A stretch of 64,000 nt of DNA from Geosiphon pyriformis uo1 (Eukaryota; Fungi; Glomeromycota). The DNA is taken from assembly GCA_016748015.1 (NCBI GenBank), contig JAAOMT010000710.1:496001-560000 (forward strand). Reading direction: 5' to 3'. Made by a program: the position numbers and the translations under genes. This document shows, piece by piece, positions 1 through 12,794 of this stretch (the stretch's first letter is position 1; every line of letters starts with the position of its first letter). A model generated the notes under the pieces. The model was not told the origin of the DNA, did not search any database, and worked only from the letters and a program-made list of their open reading frames with translations.

Positions 1-1087
1 TTAAAGAGATGAGAGAGCAGGGAGATAAGTATAATCCACCGGTGAATATTGATATCAAGTTTTAATCATTTTTAAATTATTTAACTGACACATTTTTCCA
101 TTTGAACAGTTCGATTTTGTACAAAAGATATTAGACGATAATTTAGCCGGGGAAAAAGAAAATATCGATTACAATCTAATGGCTGTAATGATTTATGCAA
201 TAATATTTCTTTCTATTTTAGCAACTGCTTCGAAACTTACATATGCGATTATAGGTAGGTCAATCTTTTATTAAGCCAAAATATTTCAAAAGACTATTAA
301 TTGTTATATTTTTATTTATTTAAATATTTAGATTATGCAACTGAGACTGATTATCAAAAAGAGTTACAAGAAGAACAAGAAAAAATCGCTCAAGAATATG
401 GACCTGATAAATGTATCACAATTCCTCAACTTGAAAGGATGGTTAAACTTGAGAGTTTTATTAAAGAATCGATGCGGTATAATGAGGATATTTGTAAGTA
501 TTTTTTTATTTTTATTTTATTTTATTTTATTTTTCTTCCCTCTTTTTCTTCTCCTCCTTCTCTTATTCTCATTCTTATTCCTTGACCATATTATAAAATT
601 TTCTAGTGGGCTTATCAAAGGTTAACTTGTCTTCGTCGCCCATCACGCTTTCAAATGGATATCAAATCCCCCCAAGTAAGTGTCATTACAAATCATTAAG
701 TAATTTGAATATTTTTCGCCCGTTAAAATTTACTAAACTTGAATAACACTCTGAAACACGACTATAGAAAGAACAGTATGGTGTGACCTTTTGAGTGTGA
801 AGGAGAGTGAAGAATATCACGGCTCTGATCCGACTAAATTTGATCCTCGTAGGTATCTCAATAAAAATAGTTCAACTACTCTAGTTAGCCGTACCTATTT
901 GCCGTTTGGACTTGGCCGACACGCTTGTCCTGGTCGCTTTTTTGCGATGACTAATATCAAGCTCTTGCTTTCGATGATCATTCGCAATTATAAAGTTAGT
1001 TTTGTGGGTGGTGCTAAACCAAAAAAAACGGTGTTTGAAGGACGTCTTCTACCTTCATCGGATGGTGTGATTTTTGAGAAAAGGTAG
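1..1087 (+). CDS. Cytochrome P450, 3' part (5' end outside window); exons <1-41, 110-254, 332-493, 607-675, 768-1087
   Basis: GT-AG introns give one continuous frame with K-helix ExxR (ESMR), PERF-like FDPRRY and the heme motif FGLGRHACPGRFFA. Confidence 0.93.
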
Positions 1088-2539
1088 CCTAAACTCTCTG
1101 AAAGCTGGTTAAGGTCTTCAGCATCTTTGGTTTAGATTTAACAAGTACCCTTTAAATTTTGATTAGTAAATTTATCTGATTTCTCAATGTAATGCCTAAT
1201 ATTTAAAATATTCACTAAAATTAGAAATGATATTAGGGCCGATGTTTGGTTGTCACCCGTATAATATTAACCTACCCCTGTTTTCGGATGAAAAATCACC
1301 TGAATAATCAGCTATATATAGAAAAGTCATTAATAATTCAATTAGCTCATATTTCTGATATGAATGCAGTTTGTTGATTAATTAATTATTATTAATCAAA
1401 AAATCATAATAATATAAATTATGTATATATGAATTAATTGAAACAAATATTATAATTTTAATATAAATTTTACTAATCATAATTATGTAATTGTTTTTTA
1501 TTAATAAATTTTATTTTTATTTATTTTTAATAATTGTAAATGTTTATAATTATTAAAATGATTAATAATTTATTTTAAAAACTTCTTAATAATTATTAAT
1601 TTTAGCATAATAAAAAATATTTAAAAAAAATTCATAAATATCAAATTCAAATGAAAAAATTGAATATTTAACTTCGCCATAATACCTCAAAATACCCTCT
1701 TCCTTTTTTACCTTATATAATTATTAATATAAATTTAATTTAAGACTATTATGAATTAGCATTAGAAAACTGCGCTTTAACGTTTTTTGCTTTGTATTGT
1801 TTCTTTTTTCATTAGATACAAAATTAGATGGGTATATTATGTTTACAACTCAGCATTGTTTATTTTGAGTATCATAATAAACAAACATCAAAAAGAAATT
1901 ATATTATCAATTCATCAACTAATGAATCAAAATTTAATTTAGAAATTGCATATAAATCATTAATCTTAAAAGGAAGAACTTGTATTTAGCCTTTTGAATT
2001 GAAAGAATCATTTATCTTATTTTGTAATTCTAGATCTTTTAACATGATTAATAATCTTTATCATTATAGTTTTAAAGAAAATCTTATTCTCTTTAATCGG
2101 AGTTTTGAACCCAAAATTGATTAATGGTGGAAGGTTAAATATCATAAACCAATTAAAAGAAAAAAAAATCCGAACATCTTTTACAAATTTGGGATTTTTT
2201 TTTGAAATCGCACTCCTGAAAAGTAGTTCATTGAAAACTAAGGGAATACCATAATTAATAATCTTCTTTCGACCTTATTGGCGACAAAACTTTTTTTAAT
2301 TCTCCTTTATCATAAATAAAAACATTTTCTTTAACAACCAATCCGCTTTTAATATGATAGTTTTTTACAATTAAAAAAATATTTTTACTACGTGAACTCT
2401 GAAACATGATATTGAAAATATTTTTCAGTGAAAAAATCAACCCATCATAACAGTAACTGCGACCTATAGCAAACAATATCAAAATATAGAATATTCTTCC
2501 TCCTTAACATTCTAAAAGATTCTCAAATTTGGAATCGTG

Positions 2540-2699
2540 ACGCGTCCATTCCATGTAATTAGCTGTTAAAAATTTTTAATTTCGTTACGCGTCAATATAA
2601 ATTGACGATTAATATTTTAATTCAAAATTCGGTTTTCTGCGAATAATATGGTACGACTAGGTCAAATTATTTAGCCTCACATGACTTTTTTCGCGGAAA
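2540..2699. promoter_or_regulatory. Candidate G1/S elements: two ACGCGT (MCB) boxes and a TTTCGCGGAAA E2F/SCB-like site
   Basis: ACGCGT at 2540-2545 and 2587-2592; TTTCGCGGAAA at 2689-2699; about 2 kb upstream of the cyclin gene. Motif match only. Confidence 0.3.
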
Positions 2700-2914
2700 T
2701 CACCATACAGCGAATAATAGCCTAATTGGAACACATTGTGATATTTCCTTAACTTATTATTTGAATAATCAAATTTTAATAATTGAAATAGAAACCGAGA
2801 ACAATGGCTGAATAAAAATTCTAAATGGTAAAATGTGTTTATCTCCTGAAATCCTTTTGAGAAGTACACAAATGACGTTTTAAGTGATTTTTGCATATAA
2901 ATGACACAGAGTGC

Positions 2915-2938
2915 ATGATGATGATGATGATGATGATG
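2915..2938. repeat. (ATG)8 microsatellite
   Basis: Read directly from the sequence. Confidence 0.95.
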
Positions 2939-4051
2939 TGATTAATGTTACTTTGATTAGTAAATTACCCTGATCTTTTTTGTACGAGGAACCTGCAATT
3001 TGTTCTAATTTTAGATGTCACCGATTAAAAAGACATTGACCGATTTTAGAAAATATCATCAGAAAATCATTGCCTTTCCCATAAAAGATAATAATGAAAC
3101 TGCGTTCGTCATTTATTGGCATCTACAAAGAAGTGAAAAAGCACACAAATTTGAATCAATTATCTGCAGAGTAATTTTTTTTTAAAATTTCCGTTTATGA
3201 AACGCCGGAATTTAGAACAGTATCTGCGAGGGGGTATTCAAATTTTTAACCGTTAAAGACCGATACTACGCCATCTTAAGATTAGATGATGTACTATCGG
3301 GTAATAAATGATAATAGTATGAGAAAATGGAATGGGGATTATTCTTTCATGTGACTTCTATCTCGGCTTACCCAATAGTGTTTCAAATAATAATATTGTT
3401 TAGTTATTGGTGATTCGGCTTAAAAAATAAAATGTCCCACTTTTTTAATTCTGAAATTTTTTAATTCTGGAAATAATTCAGTTTAAAAAATAACTTCAAA
3501 AAGAAAAAAAAACTCTGAATTTTTTAAATTCAAACCATACCAGGTTAGCTGTTGGAACTTTTTTCTCATCCAAACCGAAAAGAAAAGTGGTAAGTTTTAT
3601 CATAAATGTAGCCTTCAACGCCTTTAAGGCTTGGATCTAAAAAAGAAAATTCAAATTTAGTCTTGCAGAAAACTGGTGATTTCCCACATTACCATTAAAT
3701 CTTTTACTTCTACCGGAATTTGTCAACAAATGCTAAAATAATCTGCGCCGCCCTTTCTTTTTGGATTGTGCGATCACGAGACGCTGCGTATTACTCGTAA
3801 TTATATAAAACTAATGGTTTCTATCTTCTTTTACTGTGCCTTATCAACTTTGAAGCGAACGTTTGAAATCCCAAAATCTACTCAGTTTAGCTCCTAGAAA
3901 AAAAAGTTCCAAGCGTCCTAAAATATCGCCTTCATTCCTAGCCTCAGCAAACTAACCGATTCTCACCTAAAAGTCTTTGGTTCAATCCGCAGTCGGTATA
4001 CAGTTCTTAAAAAGATATTTTTGCTTTCGCAACAATAATACCCTGTAACTG

Positions 4052-4074
4052 TATATATATAATATATATATAAA
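4052..4074 (+). promoter_or_regulatory. TA-repeat/TATA-like element upstream of the cyclin gene
   Basis: TATATATATAATATATATATAAA about 600 bp upstream of the ATG at 4660; a second TATATAAAAG lies near 4529. Confidence 0.4.
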
Positions 4075-4350
4075 GCAGAGAACTTACTCTCTACAAAAAA
4101 AAAAAAAGCGAGAAACCGGCTATTCAAGTGGCAATAAAGTAGTACCCGATATGCAATTTCCCATAAGAAATACTTATTATTTCTAACCTTGATCTTTCCT
4201 TTCAACTACTTCGGCTCAACTCAACTTAATAACCCCAAAAAAAACTCTTTCTCCCTATTCTTTTATTTTTTTTATTTATCTAATTATTTTTTTGTCGGCT
4301 CAGCTGCCCTTCTAATATAATTTTTTATCCTTTCACCCCATTATAAAAAT

Positions 4351-4383
4351 ATGTCTATCGGTTCCAAGGACTCTTTTTGTTAG
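4351..4383 (+). promoter_or_regulatory. Candidate upstream ORF (MSIGSKDSFC*) in the cyclin 5' leader
   Basis: ATG in an A-rich context (ATAAAAAT ATG TCT), 10 codons, lying between the upstream TATA-like element and the main ATG. Confidence 0.3.
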
Positions 4384-4659
4384 AATACGTCTTTCATTTT
4401 CTTACACAAGATAAACGGAAACTCAGTCCACATTCGTCTGAAGGTGGTGTTTTACTTTTTGCCCAAAAAAGACAAAGAAAAACCTCACAATAATAACACA
4501 TCATACTTGTCTAAATACCCTAGTCTTCTATATAAAAGTCTCATCCTTTCCCTTAATCCTTACTTTCAAAAATAAAAACATTTTATTAAAAAGCTATTTG
4601 CTTTTAAATTAGATCTTTACTGAGATCACTTTAAAAGTAAATAGATTCCAATATAAAAA

Positions 4660-7098
4660 ATGATTAAAGTAGAGTCTTTGTTGACTGGCTATCATCAGAG
4701 CAGTCTGCCCTCGCGTACATTGTCACCATGTGGTGCTACTGGATATCCTCTTCAAAACGGGTCTTCCACCACGTTTTGGTCTAGTTTTCTTCCACAACAG
4801 CAACAGCAACAGCAACAACAACAAGATTTTATTAAAAGTCCTTCATCGTCCTCATCGTCTTCGGCTTATCAAAGTGAAGATGATGATCTCGCCCATGTAT
4901 CACATTCGAAAAGTTCAGTTGCACAATACAATCTTGGATTATATGATCTAAATGAATTGAAAACAACGAAAAATGAGGAAAAACTGAAAAATCCAAATCC
5001 ACAAACCAACAATAACCAGAAAACGCTCGCTTCTTCGTCAAATTGTTCAGATTGCAATACACCACCTCAGCCCTCCGTAATGATGAATGTGAATCCATTT
5101 ATCCGCTTCCAAAACATCATGGAAAGTAAATACTCATTAGAAAATCTAAAAGTTAAAAGAGCGAAAATAAGACAACCAGATCTTCTGGAAAATGATGGTA
5201 AGTAATCCACTTTTGCTCTGGTGAAGATGGTTTATAATCAGTCTCATGTAAATGCTTCCAAGTAAGTCCCAATGTGCATGAAAGATGATATCATATTTTC
5301 TTTCATACACCATATCGTGACTCTAGGTTTGCATTTACTAAAGCAAAGGTTTGTTTTGGGTGATCTGGTAACGACCCCAAAAATCAAGTCTGTTTTTTGG
5401 TCAGAAAGAGAAAAGCTATTTTTTTATTGAGTTTTTATTGCGTTATGGTCCACCTTTTTTTATGCACACATAATCACACGTATGCAAAATCTAGGGTGTG
5501 GCCATACTCTTCTTTCTCCAAATTGCAGGTTTCCCCTACCTTTGAGAATAGATCAAGATGTTGCCATCACAACCAGTGATTTGTATCATTATTTGAAAAA
5601 ATTTCAAAGGCTTTTTTTTAACGCCGATACTTTTTCTAGTTTTCATCTCAATCATCCCATTTTTTTAATAAATTAATATAGTAACACCTACCTTACAAGA
5701 TCAAGGCAATAAAGATATGGTAGATTATGTCTCCTTACTTCGGCGTCAATCTGCGTTCATAGAGTCTTCATATTCAGACTCTGACTCAATCCTTCGTACA
5801 AACCCTCTAACCCTTCCTCCAACAACCTCTTGGAAAGAAGAATCTCGTGCGCCATCTTTTAATTCCATCCAGGGACTCTATACCTCAAGTTGCTCAGACA
5901 ACATCTTGATCTCAAGGTGTCCACCCATTCTTCAACTTCAACCGCCCGGAAATGGCTCCGAATTTAATAATCAAGCATTTCAATTTAAACGCAGTCGTAT
6001 TTATGAAAAAGAAGAAGATACTCATTCTATTAGTACCTTGAATCATGGAATGACCACTAGTAGTAATAGTAGTAGTAGTAGTGGTACGAAGATTAAAACT
6101 GAGGATTCCCAATTACGAAAGATGGCTATTCCACGTAATTTAAAACAACCTTCTCAGTATCTCGTTCACTCGCAACAAAACACCAACAGGCCGGCAAATG
6201 AATTTTCTATTCTCAATATGATTCCGCAATTGATCAGCGAAAAAAATCGTAAGGCAGCATTTGTCGAAAACCTTGTGGGTGAGTAATAGGTATACATGTA
6301 TAGCTTCTTTCTTTTTCATATTACATTCCATCTAATTTATTTATTATTTATTAAACAATTTGATTTTTAGATACGGGTGCACTTATCATTGAAGTAATTT
6401 GGTGTCATTTTCACATCAATCCTGCTGCCAAAATCATTCCTCTTCGAATATTTCTTCAGGAAACTTTACGAAGGTCGAGAACCTCCTATTCCACCCTTCA
6501 GACTGCTCTCTTCTACCTTTTCCGTATAAAATCTCAAATCACTTCACGAGCGTTTTTACATCCTGCTGCAATTGCTACTGGCAATAATGCCGAAATTCCT
6601 CCGACTCCAACAGGTGTCTCCCAACGAAGAGAAAACAACGATCCTGCAACTTGTGGGCGTCGCATGTTTCTAGCCGCATTGATTGTTGCTTCAAAATATC
6701 TTCAAGATCGTAACTATTCGAATAAGGCCTGGTCAAAGATCTCTGGGTTGCCAGTTAACGAAATAAACCAAAATGAAATTATATTTTTAAAGCTTATCGA
6801 CTACAATCTCTTTATTGGTGAAGACATTTTTAAAAGATGGAGTAGTCTTCTTTTGACACACATTCAAGCCATATCAGGTACTGGTATGGATAATGCCAAC
6901 GCCTTTAGACAAGAGGAAAACCAGCGAGAAGTAGAACGCTTTCGAGAGACATTGAAAACTATGGATCCCATAATGATGCAAATTAACAGAGATTCTGTTG
7001 TTAATCGGACCAACTATCCTTTTACCCCTGAATCCAGTGCCCCTGGTTCCCCGCGAGAAGATCGTTCCGAAGCTGAGGCGCAGCAAATGGAAGTGTGA
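4660..7098 (+). CDS. Pho85-family cyclin (Pcl5/Pas1-like) with a long low-complexity N-terminus; exons 4660-5197, 5682-6278, 6371-7098
   Basis: Phase-1 GT-AG introns 5198-5681 and 6279-6370 join ORFs 4660, 5717 and 6664 in frame. Cyclin box FLQETLRRSRTSYSTLQTALFYLFRIK ... CGRRMFLAALIVASKYLQDRNYSNKAWSKISGL. Poly-Q and poly-S tracts in exon 1. Confidence 0.9.
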
Positions 7099-8749
7099 AT
7101 CCAATTTATCGATGCCCTGGATTCAGATGCATTTTCTTTTCATCAGCGTTAATCCAACATTGATTTTTTGTAACTCTATGACAATATTACTCGAATATAA
7201 CTACCACAAAGTAGTAGTTATTAAGTAAGATTACATATATCATATTAATACTATGAATACCTGCCATTTACAATACAGTGGCTTAAACCTACGCTTCTTT
7301 TCGTGTTTCTAAAATCCTAATTTACCGCTTCTTATATCACATATCCCTATTGGTTATATATCCATTTCTAATTTCAAATGGTCACATTTTTATTCGCAAT
7401 CCCTTACCTTCACATTTCAATTTGCATTTCAATCTTCGGGCCATCGGCTTAGTTAATATTCTTTGACCCAATATTATTGCTTTGGAGGCCTAACTAATCA
7501 GGTCCCTCTTATCTTGATAACTTTTGTTTATGGCTCTCTCGCATTAATTCGTAGACACACATTCCACAAATATTTAAAATGGACAATCAAAGACTTTATA
7601 CTTTATAGTTTCAATCCTTTTTCTTCACTCACATGCTCCTGCAGCGGGCAAGTTGGGAATGGGAAAAGGTGCGACACAGGAGTACATTTGTCATCCTACC
7701 AGTAACATACCTATCCACCTCGATCCCTCTTACTCTATCCAATATTTGCGGTGTGTGTGAATCTGATCGGACATTTCAAGATATGGAGAACCTTCTCACT
7801 GGGGTTTGAGCATCAGTCAAAATCTTTTGGAAAATCATGATGGAGAAAATGTTAAACATCTAAATCACTCTTCTTCAAACGAAGGGTTACCCGTTCCAAA
7901 AACTCGATTCATATGAATGGAATTTCTTGGAACAAAAGATGACATTTTCCCCAACACCTCGTTTCCATTAATTTTCCTAAACCTCTTTGATCTGGTCCCG
8001 GTCCTTGTTCCTGTCTTGGCCTTTTTCTTTTTCTTTTTCTTTTTTTTTGCTTTTCTTTTTAAATTGAGATTTAATCTGTTTTTCATTGATACGCATTTTG
8101 TAAGATTCTATAATTGCTGAATTTTCAGTTCTTAGGTAGAAATGTATCTTTTCCAATCCCCCGTACCTCTCCCCATGCCATCTACCTACTTTTCTGGTTT
8201 TGTTCCTCGTTTGATCTTGATGGGTTTGAAGCGTGCAATGAGACCAAAAGAACTTGGATATTGGCTTTTGTATAATTGGTGTCATCCATGAAACGCATAA
8301 TAAATCTCGGTTTTTTTTTCTTTTCTAATATTGGGCAATGAGCATTAAAATCAGCTAGCATATTTTAATAATGGTACGTGTTGAAATATTTCACTGCTCT
8401 GGACATGTGATTGGATGTGGATCTAAGCGGCTAAGGCGTACAGACAGTATGCTTTTAACCAAGTATTTTAAAAATTCAAACTATCGCCTTCGGTTTCAGG
8501 CTGGATGTTGCTTTGTTGGAATACAGAGTTTTAAATCACGTGATCATAATTGTGACGATTAAATTATTATACCAATTGAAATCATAATATCTGATGAAAA
8601 ATCTTGAAAAGTTGAAAACATTGTAAAATAACAAGATTATACAATTGTTGGTTTGAATACTGTAAAAATTCTCTAAATGAAGTAATTTCAAATTATTTTT
8701 TATTTAAAATAAAAATCTTTTACTTGAAAAAAATTTCAGTATTAAAAAA

Positions 8750-10200
8750 AATAGATTTTAAAAATTCAGTTTCTTTATAATTTAAATACATAATTGTTTT
8801 TATTAATAAAAAAATCTTGCTTTTTAACATATTTTGGATGCTTTTAATAGATTTTATTTGTGTATATTTAAATTAAATTGTTAAAAGATAACTAAAAATT
8901 ATTTGTTAAATATTAATTTAAATATTATTACTATTTATATAAACAGTTTAATTAAAAGTTTGGGTTTGTATAATATTATTATTTATTTTTTAAATGTTAA
9001 TTTTGGAATAAAAATTAGTGTTTATAATGTTTTTTTGTTTACTTTGGCTAAATTATAGATAATTGTATTGATTTTGAATTGTGTTTTACTTTAAAGTTTA
9101 ATTTTGTTTATTTAAATAGTCAAGTTTTTTTAAATATATGTGTTTTAAATATTAGTTTTACCAGTCTTAATTTTTATAACAAATATTAAATTAAGTACAA
9201 TTATATTAATAATATTATTTGAAAAAAAAATCTATTAGTTTATTGAAATAAAGTTAAAATTATTTTAATATAATTAATAATAAATATGTAATTTTTTTAT
9301 AAGTAATTTTATGGTTTTTTTTTATGTTTTATATTTTTATGTTTGTAAATACAATTTAATTATTAAAAAATTGTATAATTCTGTTAGTTTTGTTAATTAA
9401 AAATTAAATTATATTAATAAATTTGTGAACAAAATATTGGTTTATAATTTAATTTATTATATATGGTTTTGATTTGGTATTTAAATAGTATTATGTATAC
9501 TAATTTAATAAATTCAGTCTTTATTGTACTTTATTTATATTTTATAAAAGCTTTACATAAATATTTGCTGATTATTTTTAAAAAAAATTGTATATTTTTT
9601 TATATTTAAGTATTATTTATTTATATTATAACTTGTTGAAAAACTTAAACCATATATTTTTGTGTAATATTAATTTTATTATCAATTAGATGTATATTTC
9701 TAATTATTTAATATTAAATTTATTAATTTATTTATTATTATATAATATAATTGTTAATAATAGTTTTTATATAATTGTAACCAAAAATTTGTATTAAAAA
9801 ATTGGTTTTTTGAAGCTGTAAAAGTGTCTAATAATATTAAAAAAAGTATTATATATATTATTATATTTGTACATAATTTTGCTATTTATTACAAATTAGT
9901 TATATAGTTATTTAATATTAAATTGTAAATATTTTATAAAACATGAAAATTTTTAATCAATAATTATTAATTTAATATATTATAGTTTTGTTAAAAACAT
10001 TTACAAAGTTGGTTTTAATTATAATATTTTAATTGTATTTGGTTTTATTAATTTGTTAATTTTAATGTTTTTTAAATTTTGTGATAATATTTATATTTTT
10101 TGTAATATAAACTTGTAATATTGTTTTAATTAGCTTAAATGACTGATTATATATAAAAAAAGCATGAATTATACTTATTTTAAAAATTTTATAATTGTAT
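8750..10200 (+). mobile_element. Extremely decayed relic of the LINE 3' region (RNase H to 3' UTR); boundaries approximate
   Basis: AT-saturated but collinear with the intact copies: TTTAAATAGTCAAG (DSQ), TATTTTATAAAAGCTTTACAT (YFMKALH), and a 3' UTR remnant at about 10115-10180. Confidence 0.7.
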
Positions 10201-10409
10201 ATTAATAAGTAGTAATTTATTAAATAAAAATAAAAAAATATTAATGTTTTAAAAAAAAAATAGATTTAATAACTTAAAGTTATTAAAAAACTCGAAACAA
10301 AAATTTAAATTACAAAAAATTAATTGTTTTTATTTATATAAAAGTTAAATTATTATTTTTTGGTTATTTTTTTTAATTATTTGAAAAAAATAATTTTAAA
10401 AAATATAGT

Positions 10410-12488
10410 TAAAGGTTGGTTTGTTTTGAGATTTCCCAAATGAGGTGTTTTATTACTCTTTGTTTTATGGTTTAAAGACGTTTGAACAAGTTTAAGCTGA
10501 AAAAAAGTCTGCTTTTGTTATAAGTTTTTCTAACTCTTCTGGGGTTGTTGGTCAGCTTTTTAAGCACTGTTTTTTGGATTTACAGATTTTGAATTGGGCC
10601 CTTTTTAATCCTTTGTAGTATCTTGTGAGGCTGTGTGTTGGTTTTTCTAACAATTTTCTGGCTGGAATAGTGCATATTTTTTTAAACAATAATATTTTTA
10701 TGGTGAACAATTTGTCTTGTGCTTTTCTTAGTCCTGACAAGTATTCTGTTTCTAGTGTTTTAGGGTCTTCTTTGTACTATGATCGGATTAATTCTTTGAA
10801 GAAATTTGGTGTAGCTTTTTGTGATAGACTTTTAAACAAATGTGGTAGAGTTCTAGATTGGCAAACATTCTAGCATTGGAAAAGACTAAATCCCAGGGGT
10901 CCTGTCCCTTCTTGGTTTGTCTTAGTATTAAAATTTTTGCATAATAAAATTCTTCTGTTGACACTGTCCAGTTGTAATTTTTTAGTAGATGTTGATAATG
11001 TTTTGCTTTCAAATCAATTTTCTGATGTTAAAAATGATCTGCTTAAGGTCTAATCAAGTTTTATTTCTGTTTTCACAAATGGTTCTTTGAAGAAATTTGG
11101 TTCTGTTGAGGTAACTGGTAGTGCTGTAGCATTTTTTTCTGAGATTGGATTAGACATTGGGGTTAGAGTAGTGGATCTTTTGTCTTCTATAATGGCTGAG
11201 TTGTAGGCTATTGTCTTGGCATTAGAGTGTGTACTTTCTTCTTGTTTGGTGAAGATGTGTTTGGACAGCCAAGCTGCTTTAGATACATGTGTTTTGGAAT
11301 TGAGATCTGATGGTCCTGATTTTCATAATTGTTGTTGGATGAAAAGGAGGCATATTGCGAATTTGATTGTTTAAAAAAACATTTCTGTAAGCTAATTGAA
11401 GGTCAAAAGACACTCTGATATGTTGGGTAATGTTCATGCAGATGTATTGGCATATATTTCTGCTCATTTTTTTTTGCTGCTGCCAACCAATGTACATGAA
11501 CACTTTTTGACAGCCAATGACATGCTGATTTCTGGTAATGTTCGGCACTTTGTTTAAGACATTTTTAGATCTGTGAATTGTATGCACTAAGAAATTGGTC
11601 CTGGTTCTAAGATTCTGGGTGGTTTTTCAGTTTGTAATATTGATTGGATTAGGACCATGACTGTTTGGCATCCAGATTTGGGTATACTGTTAGGTTCCAC
11701 AAGTAAATATTTGGCTGGTTTGTGCTCCTATTTTATGAAAGCTGTGTATGACAAACTGTTTATTGCAGTTAGAAAGAGACTTTATAACAAGAACTATCCT
11801 GGTGTTTTGTGTTTGTATTGTGGAGAAGTTGAATTCTCTGATTATGTGTTTACATATAGCAAAGAGTCTGTCTTCCATAAAGAGATTTTTTTTGAATATG
11901 TGTCAGTTTGAAAGTCTTTGGCTGGTTTTTGTTGTCCAACTCCTTCTGTGGTCTTGATGTCTCTTTTCTTATGTGTGTTTGATGTTGGCCTATATGCTTT
12001 TTTTTGCAAGGGCTTTGTGCTCATAGAGTGGTTTAAAGAAGCTATGCAAATATTTGAGAATCACAAAAAAGCTGCCCAGATCCTGGTTGATTTTGTGTAA
12101 AATGTGGATATATATTACCATTCTGAGTTGTGAAAATTCAGGTCCAGATTTAGAGCTAGTATGAAGAGAGACAACTTGATTAGTAACTTGGGGGTGTTAC
12201 TAGTAATACATTGCAGCTCAGTGCAAGATTTATCAAATGAGACAGTTAAATTGATTGGTATTAATAATTCTTTTGGGATGAGTTTTGGTTTCCATAAGCC
12301 TTGGTTGTTTTTTTTCAGTTCAGTTAATATAATATCTGTTCATATAAGTGCGTAGTATCACCTAAATTAGTCCGAGTGACTAATCACATGTAGTAAACAC
12401 ATGAATCACATCTAGCTAGAGTCTATAGTCTTGACTTTGTATACTAGATAGTAATTAGACTGTACTTATTAAACTGAATAAAAAAAAA
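10410..12488 (+). mobile_element. 5'-truncated decayed non-LTR retrotransposon (post-RT linker, RNase H, CCHC, 3' UTR, A-tail); divergent subfamily
   Basis: Fragments RDFPNE, LNPRGP, FTNGS, LDSQAALD, KVKRHS, CLYCGEVEFSDYVF; structured 3' UTR at 12356-12470 followed by an A-run. Confidence 0.88.
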
Positions 12489-12794
12489 TGTTTTTATTAT
12501 TAAAAATCATTTAAGTTGTAATATTTTGTTTTGATTACAATTATAAAAATTATAAAAAAAAAAACTATAAATTTTTTTAATAATATGTTGTATTTTTTTT
12601 ATTTATAATATTATTATTAAATATTAAAATATTAAAAAATACAAATTAAATTAAAAAAACTTCTTTCTCTCCTTCATCCAAAATTCCCAAAAAAGAGTCA
12701 AGAATTTTTTTGAAAGAAGTTTTTTACTATTCAGTACAATAAATCAAAACCGTTTTTCGATTACGAGGCCACTGTTGGCTCTGTTATTGCTGTT

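Noticed and set aside
4660-5205. 181-aa ORF as an independent gene
   Set aside because: It ends at a strong GTAAGT donor that splices in frame to the cyclin exons.
7100-8560. Short ORFs or an ncRNA downstream of the cyclin
   Set aside because: Low-complexity ORFs with no motifs and no convincing snoRNA boxes or tRNA fold; most likely 3' UTR or intergenic DNA.
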